DNA of 64,000 nucleotides from a virus (Duplodnaviria > Caudoviricetes), in the IMG/VR virus record IMGVR_UViG_3300014059_000006, positions 43,909-107,908 of that record; one strand, written 5' to 3'. Under the pieces are notes generated by a model that was given only the letters and a program-made list of their open reading frames with translations, was not told where the DNA came from and did not search any database. This document shows positions 21,201-29,900 of the stretch, piece after piece. Within the stretch, counting starts at the first letter, position 1, and each line of letters starts with the position of its first letter. The position numbers were made by a program, and so were the translations under genes.

Positions 21201-24200
21201 GAAGAATTAGCTAGAGTAGAAAAAGTTCGTGATTATATAAGAAACAAGCTTACATACTACAATCAATTAAGAAAAGAACCGGGTATACGTTCTGTAAATT
21301 ATGAAAATATTATATACGGAAAAATCCAATTGTTAGAAACAAAATTAAAGTTTCTAACAAGTTTAATCAATAAAGTTAAAAAAGCGATTAGTCGTATGAT
21401 GGATGACTTACGTTATGTTACTGCACAACTAAGACAAAATGAAGCAGACATAATAAGCTATCCGTTAGATACCGAAGTTGATGCTGACTTAACCACAAAC
21501 AGAGAAAAACGTGCACCTTTACAACAAGAATTTACAAAACAAAAAAATAGAGTGAAGGCCCTTTCACGTACTGTAGAAAATACAAAAGATACAATTGAGT
21601 ATTTATATGATTTACTAGAGTGGGGAGAAAGAACTAATTCTGAAGAAATCGATACACCAATAGAAGAAATCAAAGCTCCAAAATTACAAACTCTAACAGA
21701 TAATATTTCCAACGAAGAAAAAGAAAAATTAATAGAATCTAAAGAAGAACAGATAAAAAAAATAGATGAGTTAATACAACAAAAAACTGACGAAGTTTTA
21801 GGTGCTGACGGGGTTATAGCCGAAATCGAAAAAGAAGAAAGCTCTGCAACTCCTAATCAAGCACGTCTACAAGTGTTGTACGAGAAGCGTGATAAGTTAC
21901 AAAAAGAAACTGCAGCACTCGCTACAAAAAAAGAAATAGTTAAGAATAGATTTGGAAAAGAAATAGTAAAGGAGGAAAAATATATAATTGATTCCCAAGA
22001 CCAAGTACAGAATACATTAAAAGAAGATTTAGATGTATCTTCTAAAATTGTAAAGAGTGTTTACCTATCAGGACTACATTATGTTCAAACAGAAGATGGT
22101 AAATATTATGTTGTTCCAAATGTGTCAGAAGGTTCTAATGGTATAACATCTAAAGAAGTGACACAAGCTGAAATTATAAAACCTTTCAGAACAAAAAAAG
22201 AATGGGACGAATTAGAAGTTAAAAAAGCTGATATAGAAAGAAGAAGACAAGAAGAATTAAACAATATAAAAAGTAAAGCAGAAATTGAAAAGTATTTTGC
22301 TAATAAATTTAAGAATGAATTCCCAAATGGAGTAAATGAAAGTGGTATTATTTCAATTCAAGAAGTATTAGAAAAATTACTTAATGAAGATGAACATAAA
22401 CTTATTGAACAGTATAGATATTCAAATATACTTAAAGATAAAATCAATGCTAAATATGATGCAGAATATGTAGATGCTGTTAAGAAAGGAGAGATGACTA
22501 AAGAGCAAGCTATGCAAGCTCTTAAAGAAGTAGGAAGAAAAGATAGCAAAGCTTATGCTGAACTAGCTGCTTTAGAAGCTAAACCTGCTGTTACACCTTC
22601 TGTTTCTGATAAGAAAGCTGAAATAGAAAAGAAAGCATACTTATTAAGTAAAGATTATAAAGATTTTGGTTGGCTAACAGAACAAGAAAAAAACGACTAT
22701 ACAGAATCTCAAAACAATTCAAAAAACAGAGAAGAAAGAGAAAAAGCCTATATAAAATTAAGAGAATTATATAAGTTAAAAGTAGATAAAGAGTTTATAG
22801 ATAGTATAGAAAAAGTACATTGGGTTAGAAATATTGAATCATTAATATCATTACTAGAAAAAGGAAAAAAAATACCTTTTGAAATATCAGCTGAGGGATA
22901 CTTGAATGAGTCTTTTAAAAGTGGATGGGGTAATGGGGTAGGCATTAAACTAAAAGGTGAAACATTAATTGCATCTAATGAAGATTTAAGAAGTGATAAC
23001 AAGTATGGTAGTATAGAAAACGGAGATTTTAGAAAATATTCATACGGAGACAATACATCCATAATATTAAATAAAGACACTTTTTTACCGCACAGATTAT
23101 TAGAATTTGAACAACGAGGTAAAAAATATCAAGGACACAATGAATTTTTATTAAAAAATAGTGAAATAGAAGCTATTGTTATTGACCCAACCAATGAAAA
23201 ATTAACAGAAGAGTTTAAATCAGAGGTTGAGAATATAGCTAGAAAATTTGGAATACCTATAATTGTAAATACTAAATACGATGCTGAACTAGCTGCTTCA
23301 GAAGGCACTTCTACTCAAGCTCCTACAACAGCTACTGTTTCTAATATAGAAGCTAAAAAAGAAGATATAGAAAAAAGAAGACAAGAAATAATATCTAAAT
23401 ATAATATAGAGTTTAAGGAAATAGCTAGAAAACAATACGATAAGGTTTCTAAAAAATATATTGATGGTATATCTACTCAAATATGGAGTAATGGTAAATT
23501 AATAGCAGAATATGAAACAAAAATAGAAGCAGAAAATGAACTAAATAGAAAAATAGATGCTTTAATAAATAACACTATTGATTCAAAAATTTCATTAGGA
23601 GATAATATTTTCATAGAAGGGATAACTGTTGATGGTAATACCTTTTCTGTTTTAAATACTTCTGAAAGAATGGTAACTATTGTTGACATAGGAGGTGTCA
23701 AAGTGCCCTTTTATTTAACAACAGGTTTGGGAGGTAAAAATTTAACACCTGCTTGGTATCCTATGTTTGGATATTCTCCTAGTGGATGGTTAAATAAAAC
23801 TGATGGGAAAGATATGGAGTCTTTTTACTCTAGGATTATAGGAAAAGAAGCATCAGATGTATTAAAAAAAGTATCTGAAAAATTAAATAATAAATTAGGG
23901 GTAACTCCTAACTCTATAATTGAATCAGGGATAGTAAGTAAACAACAAACACAAGAAGCTGTAAATTCAGTTTTAAATTTTACTCCTGCTGAAAATCAAA
24001 AAATAGATGCTTCTGTTGATTATAAAATAGAACTTGCAAAACTTGAAAATAATATTAAAAGTCTTGGAGAAGAAATCAATGCTAAATATGATGCAGAACT
24101 AAAAGCATTAAAACAACAATCTAATACACCTACTCAATCTGAAATAGAAGCTAAAAAAGCTGATATAGAAAGAAGAAGACAAGAAGAATTAAATCAACAA

Positions 24201-26984
24201 ACTGATGCTGGGTATTCAACTATTGCATTAGATTATCTATTTACAGGTGGAAGAGATGTAATTCTGTCTACTGATTATTTATTACAAGCATTAGTTGGTG
24301 GATTTACAAGTGCTGCTAAAGAAATAAATGATATTAGAAATAAATATGCTAATAAATTAGGTAATATTAGAGATGATATTAATTCTGATGTTTATAATCA
24401 AATGATGGGAGAAATTAGAAATGTTATAAGTAAAACTTATAATGATTCTAAAGCAAATGAAATATTTGATAAAATACTCAAAAATGCAACAGGATTTACA
24501 AATAGAGAAGGTAATCAAATAAGTATTGAGTTAGATAAATTAAATGAACAAAATGAATCTAAAATCAACGCTAAATATGATGCAGAACTAGCTGCTTTAG
24601 AAGAAGTAACACCTACAACAGAAACAAACCCTAATGTAGAAGCTAAAAAAGCTGATACAGAAAGAAGAAGACAGGAAGAATTAAATAAATATAGGAATGA
24701 TGCCATTGCTTTAGAAAATGCTAAAACAGAAGACGAAGCTATTGAAGCAATTAAATTGACAACTAAAGAAGATAATAAATGGAAAGCACTTTCCGCTGCC
24801 GAAAATATTATTGGAAAAAGTGGATTTAATGCTTTATTTCAACAAGATTGGAAAAAACAAACAAAAATACTTGCAGATGAAATTAATAGGATTCAAGCTA
24901 ATTTTATTGATAAAATAAATGCTAAATATGATGTAGAATTAGTTGCTTTAGAGACACCTATTTCTAAAATAGATTCTCCAGAAGTAGTTCAATTAAAATC
25001 GGCTAAGAAAAGTTTAACACTTGAAATAGACACTTTAATGGAAGAACCTTCTACAGAAGTGTTAGATGTACCCTCTAACGAAAATAATGTCGTACAAGGG
25101 TTGTCAGGTAGTGAAATTAACAATTTGGCAACATCTATTATAAACTCTCCTAATGTTTTCTTTGCAGGAATGGTTTTTAGAACTGCCGGTGAAGATATGG
25201 TTAAACGTGGGGACACATTTACATTAATAAGTGAACGTTCACCGATTGGAATATTGCGTGCAAAAATTCGTAATGCAATTATGCGGCGTTCTATAGGGTC
25301 TAGTAAAACTCTAAGTGATATAGGAATTCATATTACAATACAAAAAGATAAGGATGAGTTTCATCCCGAAGGAGAAACAGTTCGTGAACGTCAATTCTTT
25401 TTAGATAATAAAAACAAACCATCTCATCCTATCGTTGCTGTACTAACTGATATTAACGGCGAAACTTTATATTTTGATGAAGATGGAGACAAAACAACAA
25501 AAGAAAAAGGAACACCTATTGTACAACAGATTTTTGAAGTGGACGTTGATACTGCTTCACGAACATTACAAGGACGTAAAGAAGACCGTATTCAAGAACG
25601 TATACGTGTCCTAACTTTACAGAACTTATTCAGTGGTATAGAAATAACTCCTGAAGATACAAAACGTATAACTGACGAGGTGAATGAAGAATTTAGAATG
25701 CTTTCTGAATTAAAATCTCACATAAGAAATACAGATGAAAAAATAACTGTAAATAACGCTTCAATATCAAGAGGATTTACAGAAAAAAATAATATTGTTC
25801 TTGTACCAAATGACGCATTGGTTGATAAAGAAAACGCAAAGGTGAGTGTAGAAACTGTTACAATTAATAATGGTGGAACAAACGTAACAAAGGGTATTGT
25901 ATATTACAACGGGTTTCCTATGTTCATGCCAAAGTTAAGTGAGGGTTCTTTGTTTGATACAATTAAAACAATTCTTCAAACAAGAGTTCCCTATGATAGT
26001 TTCGAACGTTCTTCTCGTCAGGCATTTTTGAGAAAAATTTTATATCGTCGTACAGAAGAACATCCTAAAGCGGTGACAAAAGTTTCTTATGATTACGAAA
26101 ATGAAAAAATAGTGGTAATGTCGGGAGAACAGATTCTTTCATTAGAAGAACTTATGAGTAGAAATCTTTCATTAAACGTTGATAAACAATTGTTTGATGA
26201 AAATCAATCTTTTGTTGAATATGTAGCCAAACCGGAATTTAACGACAGGGATGAGAGAATGCCTAATATGAAATTAGTAGCTCTTCCTGCAGTTCCTTAC
26301 CAAGATTATATAAAATCTAAAGGATATGTTTTTATGACAGAGTCAGAACTAGAGTCTCAGACTAAAAAATTAGGACCAACCCCTAGATACAATATTGTAT
26401 TTGGAATGAATCCTTCTGAAACAATGTCTAAAATAACTCCTGTTTCTACAGAAACATCTGCACCTAATCCCAATGATTTATTGTCTGTAGATGACTTGTT
26501 AAGTGAAGAAACTACTCCTGAAGTGGGAACCGCTCTTCAAAACGCATTTGCTGTATTTACCGCACCGTCTACTCCTGCCCCAATAAAACAGTTTAATGTG
26601 GGAGATAAATTTAAACTACTGTCTAAATCTCTTTCTCAGGAAAAAGGTTCACCAGTGTATGTTGAAATAAAATTAATTGAAGAAATTCCTAATACAGCAG
26701 AAGATGTAAAATTCTCAGTGGAGCAAACATACGAAGGAGTTTCTACAATGAGAACCTACAAAAGTAGTACTATCGAACAAGGACTGTCTGACCCACTTGC
26801 TGAAAAATTAGAAAGTGCGGAAACATTAAACGTGTTTGATATGTTCACAGAAACAACCCCTATGGATGAAATTATGGATAGAGAATTAATAAAATCAGGT
26901 GTATTAAAAAAAGGAACTACAATGGAAGATTTGATAAATACATTAATAAGTCGTAATATTGTAGAAAAAATTTGTAAATTTTAA
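18219..26984 (+). CDS. Giant virion cargo protein (vRNAP-associated) with an internal cassette array
   Basis: 2921 aa with a Gly/Ala-rich membrane-like N-terminal segment, an EGVEEGAQY motif and coiled coils. It lies directly upstream of the vRNAP. Confidence 0.75.
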   Translation: MPDNFSSFANKVAPVTSTPSRLGTEGLVAWKDTNASRYTNDPNWKMLGYDMNRNNDYAYDVAQTSGQWASSAFNRFLHPLKTSFVEGFRYDKTAKELLFSGSVAEDEGLREYLKKSEELSYLYPTYDNPNSSDEGFFSYFNAGARNKWSTLLESSGFMVGTAGAGIAQSIVLGLVTGGAGTVASLAKTADATGKAYRLSKLASAYKQMDKVNDLWKMSKVGKLVGASPTLQAIDGLTDIAKARTLSQYAKASGKFLGNSAIRFQATSSEAMLEAIEGSEHFKKQQIEQFELKNGREATKEEKDDIENYAADVFSARYRANLGVLSVTNLVQDLSFFNTYKYISKLGKSGAIAEEAAKKWNWNAKAGIAMKHSALPLKERALFEIKAVGNSFFKNAFMEGVEEGAQYAIGKSTDDYYTKKYNKESASFMDSMARGISSTFLDKEGKESFWSGIMMGGLFSTIGKGAKTVHGMATGKGAKIDAMVSEQMTNYNQAHKNLIETFKTEQVLSAEAENGTLNHVNNTLVEEALENNDLDKAKELRLQSLRNSVKTAKEVGKLDLLKKSLSEYGELQDDVFREKFGVTSKQTNKEIVNETLREIEEIEKTVDAVNERYGNPYDGYDNIDPITAADKRAEQHNLYKGYEEAKMTVIDNVETLKESKKNLSKISEWFTGQGVVVEDVLLELVPEQITLGGVEFDSAVLARDEKIENLGRQFADLEKLKQTSTNTSEIIRVTQTQAELLKERDIYVNLNNNPDSLGAILDYFNFQIGKSKKGLPIDATDSTEFKTSLEENIKGLRDNLEKSKNALEALDALEKPKVFEALAKDYAKAYDKRYGQIISDLDANEQEAKAATEEVVPEETPEETIGTPVTPESPVETATPIEPEEGPMFPIPPYTPKESTKPQPKHVLLQKIVQVEKELDEITHVTNSLLSTKVRLTNLLQKEIAELKPVLEKLARTVVDSNTMYFISNYEELRDAEIRLQADVDKLTDELNIVSEELARVEKVRDYIRNKLTYYNQLRKEPGIRSVNYENIIYGKIQLLETKLKFLTSLINKVKKAISRMMDDLRYVTAQLRQNEADIISYPLDTEVDADLTTNREKRAPLQQEFTKQKNRVKALSRTVENTKDTIEYLYDLLEWGERTNSEEIDTPIEEIKAPKLQTLTDNISNEEKEKLIESKEEQIKKIDELIQQKTDEVLGADGVIAEIEKEESSATPNQARLQVLYEKRDKLQKETAALATKKEIVKNRFGKEIVKEEKYIIDSQDQVQNTLKEDLDVSSKIVKSVYLSGLHYVQTEDGKYYVVPNVSEGSNGITSKEVTQAEIIKPFRTKKEWDELEVKKADIERRRQEELNNIKSKAEIEKYFANKFKNEFPNGVNESGIISIQEVLEKLLNEDEHKLIEQYRYSNILKDKINAKYDAEYVDAVKKGEMTKEQAMQALKEVGRKDSKAYAELAALEAKPAVTPSVSDKKAEIEKKAYLLSKDYKDFGWLTEQEKNDYTESQNNSKNREEREKAYIKLRELYKLKVDKEFIDSIEKVHWVRNIESLISLLEKGKKIPFEISAEGYLNESFKSGWGNGVGIKLKGETLIASNEDLRSDNKYGSIENGDFRKYSYGDNTSIILNKDTFLPHRLLEFEQRGKKYQGHNEFLLKNSEIEAIVIDPTNEKLTEEFKSEVENIARKFGIPIIVNTKYDAELAASEGTSTQAPTTATVSNIEAKKEDIEKRRQEIISKYNIEFKEIARKQYDKVSKKYIDGISTQIWSNGKLIAEYETKIEAENELNRKIDALINNTIDSKISLGDNIFIEGITVDGNTFSVLNTSERMVTIVDIGGVKVPFYLTTGLGGKNLTPAWYPMFGYSPSGWLNKTDGKDMESFYSRIIGKEASDVLKKVSEKLNNKLGVTPNSIIESGIVSKQQTQEAVNSVLNFTPAENQKIDASVDYKIELAKLENNIKSLGEEINAKYDAELKALKQQSNTPTQSEIEAKKADIERRRQEELNQQTDAGYSTIALDYLFTGGRDVILSTDYLLQALVGGFTSAAKEINDIRNKYANKLGNIRDDINSDVYNQMMGEIRNVISKTYNDSKANEIFDKILKNATGFTNREGNQISIELDKLNEQNESKINAKYDAELAALEEVTPTTETNPNVEAKKADTERRRQEELNKYRNDAIALENAKTEDEAIEAIKLTTKEDNKWKALSAAENIIGKSGFNALFQQDWKKQTKILADEINRIQANFIDKINAKYDVELVALETPISKIDSPEVVQLKSAKKSLTLEIDTLMEEPSTEVLDVPSNENNVVQGLSGSEINNLATSIINSPNVFFAGMVFRTAGEDMVKRGDTFTLISERSPIGILRAKIRNAIMRRSIGSSKTLSDIGIHITIQKDKDEFHPEGETVRERQFFLDNKNKPSHPIVAVLTDINGETLYFDEDGDKTTKEKGTPIVQQIFEVDVDTASRTLQGRKEDRIQERIRVLTLQNLFSGIEITPEDTKRITDEVNEEFRMLSELKSHIRNTDEKITVNNASISRGFTEKNNIVLVPNDALVDKENAKVSVETVTINNGGTNVTKGIVYYNGFPMFMPKLSEGSLFDTIKTILQTRVPYDSFERSSRQAFLRKILYRRTEEHPKAVTKVSYDYENEKIVVMSGEQILSLEELMSRNLSLNVDKQLFDENQSFVEYVAKPEFNDRDERMPNMKLVALPAVPYQDYIKSKGYVFMTESELESQTKKLGPTPRYNIVFGMNPSETMSKITPVSTETSAPNPNDLLSVDDLLSEETTPEVGTALQNAFAVFTAPSTPAPIKQFNVGDKFKLLSKSLSQEKGSPVYVEIKLIEEIPNTAEDVKFSVEQTYEGVSTMRTYKSSTIEQGLSDPLAEKLESAETLNVFDMFTETTPMDEIMDRELIKSGVLKKGTTMEDLINTLISRNIVEKICKF
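22221..24953 (+). repeat. Array of five variable inserts, each bounded by KKADIERRRQEEL and INAKYDAELAALE repeats
   Basis: Left repeats start near 22221, 22611, 23355, 24153 and 24645. Right repeats lie near 22441/22551, 23271, 24072, 24561 and 24912. A 41-nt stretch is identical at 22221 and 24153. Confidence 0.9.
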
Positions 26985-26985
26985 A

Positions 26986-29900
26986 ATGGCGAATAATTGC
27001 TTATATAAATATAATGGTGTTTTATACACCGAACCAGAGTTTAAACAATTACTAAACAGTAATTTATTACAGTTTGTATATTCTTTGGATAGTGCGGATA
27101 TAAATAATATTTTAGACCCTGCTTTCCAATTTATGGAACAAGACGAAACATCTTGGATTAATACCATTTTTAAAACGTCATATCCAAAAGAAATACAAGA
27201 CCGTGTAAAGTTCTTATATACCGTTGTTAACTCTAACAAATGGGGGACATGGGGACCGGCAGGTATAACTTTGTATAAAAGTTCTGCTCGTGGTACAGGA
27301 TATCACGAAGCATGGCACGAATTTTCCCAAATGTTCTTGACAAAGGATGAAAAGATTTCTTTATATAAAGAAGCGATTGTAAACATTCCTGCACTTAAAG
27401 ATTTAAATTATAAAAAACTAAACGACCTTCGTCAAATAGAAGAACATTTAGCAGACGATTTTATGAAGTACATGTTGAATGATGAATTATTTGGAGATAG
27501 TTTATTAGTAAACCGTCAACCAGTTCGTAATTCAATTTTCAGAATTATTTTAAATTTCTTAAAAGGATTGTTTGGGGTAAACAAACAAAACGAAGATGTA
27601 TTTTTAAATCGTCTAAATACTTTATATTCTAATTTAAGAAATGGAGAGTTAGATAATTATCAATTTTCTGTAGACAATATTTTATTCAACGAACAACTAC
27701 ATAGAAAAATAGAAGGGTTTGATAACTTGTCTGCAGTGTTGAAAAATAAAAGCGAAGTGGGAACTATGATGAAAGTTATGGGACACTTTGACGCGTTGAT
27801 TACTGAAGTGATAAAAAACAAACAAGTGGAATTAACCAAATTGTTTGCAGACCCTAAACTTAAAGTGTATGTGTACACACACGTAAAAAATAGACTTAAA
27901 CAAGAATTAAAAACAGTTCGTCTATCTCCAGAAGCCGTTGAGATGCGTGAATTTATTTTAGCTAATTTTGGAGAGTTTGTGAAAGCTCATGATGAAAAAG
28001 GTTCTTTAAAATTTGCTATCAGTGATGTTAGTGATATCGAAAACGTTATAAAAATATTAGATTCTAATGACGATATAAACAATGATAATGAAGAAGATGA
28101 TGACCATGTAGATAATTCATCTTCTGGTCGTGACAAAGCTTGGGATAAATCAGGAAATGAAGAGGATTCGAAAGACATTGCTTCTAAGATAATTCGTTTT
28201 ATGGTGGCATCCTTACATAACCGTAGATTTGCTACCCCAGAAGAACAGAAACAAGGTAAAAAGAAATTAGAAGAATATCGTCAAAGTCGTCTACAAGGTG
28301 TAGAAGATAATGAAACAATGTTAGCTATAAATGACGAGGTAGACAAATTAGAAGAAGAGAATAATTATAGATATATTTCCGACGCATTAGGGTTAAAAGA
28401 ACTTGTTAATTTTAACACTGTATGGAATATGTTACAAACCGAATTACAAGGGATGGATAACTATTCTGATATGTATAGAAAAATTGAAGCATTAAGTGTA
28501 GATAAGGTTTATCTTTTGGACTTGTTAAAACTCCTTCCTTCTCCGAACAAAGAAGTTTATACACAAGACGAGTCACATATTTCAAATCGTTTTAGAACTG
28601 ACTTCATGCGTGTAAAAAATCCTATACTGATTAACAGTATGGTGGTGGAAAGAAACGAAGAGGGAGATGTTAAACAAGTTCGTATTGACTTATTGTCTGC
28701 TAATAAATTAGGTATCAAAACTGTACGTGAAACATTTTATCAAAAATGGCTTGAGACAAAATCGGCTAAAGAAAACTTTGTTACAGAAAAAGATGATGAG
28801 ATAATTTTTGATTTTGATAAGTTTGCCGAAACATTTTATGGAAAAGATGGAGATGAGAATTTTAAAAATATTTATTTATTTAAAAATGCCGAAAGTCTAA
28901 GTGAAGAATTTGGAGAAGGAAAGATAGATAAAATTTATAACAATCGTATAACATTTCTAAATGCTTTTGGTTTTATATTTTCAGACCAAACTGTAAAAAC
29001 CCAAGAGTTCAAAGATTTTATAATGAATCGTGTATTCATGGAAGACCAGTTAGGAAAATATTTATTTAATGATATTGCTAATCTTATAGAATATAGAAAA
29101 AAAGAAGGTGCATTTATAATAGATAATTTAGCTCCCGGTACTTCAAAAAGTGATAGAGAAAAAGCTTTAGAAACTCTTCCTATAATAAAAAACCCTTTAG
29201 ATTTTTTCAGAACGAAACGTGTATTTCGTTATTCAGATAGAAGTATAAAAAACCCTGTCATACTAAACGGAAACTCTAACAAGATGGACGAGTTGTATAA
29301 TTTTGAAATTCTACATTCTGGACAATACTTCAACGAAGCTACATACACAGCAACACAAAAAATTCAATTTGAAAACTCTATTTATAATACATTCTTTATG
29401 TATTTAAACGGACTGAACGATGCTGTTAAATACCCCACATATCAATCTTTAGTTGCGGAAGGAAGTCCTTACGAATATAATTATAACATAGACCGTAATC
29501 CACATTTAAGAAGTTCTATATGGTTTAATAGTATGTTCGAATTAGATGTACCAGAAGGTACTCCTCGTTACGGAAAACGAAGAATCCAACGTATAAAAAA
29601 ACAAGGACTTGTAAACAAAACAAACCATGTAACAGTGGATTTTGTAAACTTGAGTGGTATGTCTATAAACGACCGTACCGCCAATAATTTTGAAGGACAA
29701 AATACAGTTAAACTTGAAACATTGGATAGAATGATATCTTCCATTAGTTCTTTATTAACAACAGGTACTTCTGAATTAATGCGTCATGCTGATAAATCTA
29801 TGGCTTATGGTATTAGACCTACATCCATGTTTATCAACGGTTCTTATACAGGAGATAAAAATATATTTTTCGAATTAAAATCTGACTTGACAAGTGGTGA

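Noticed and set aside
22221-24953. Repeat array considered as a CRISPR array or DGR
   Set aside because: The spacers are hundreds of nt, in frame and coding. No cas or reverse transcriptase gene is in the window, and there is no adenine-specific TR/VR pair.
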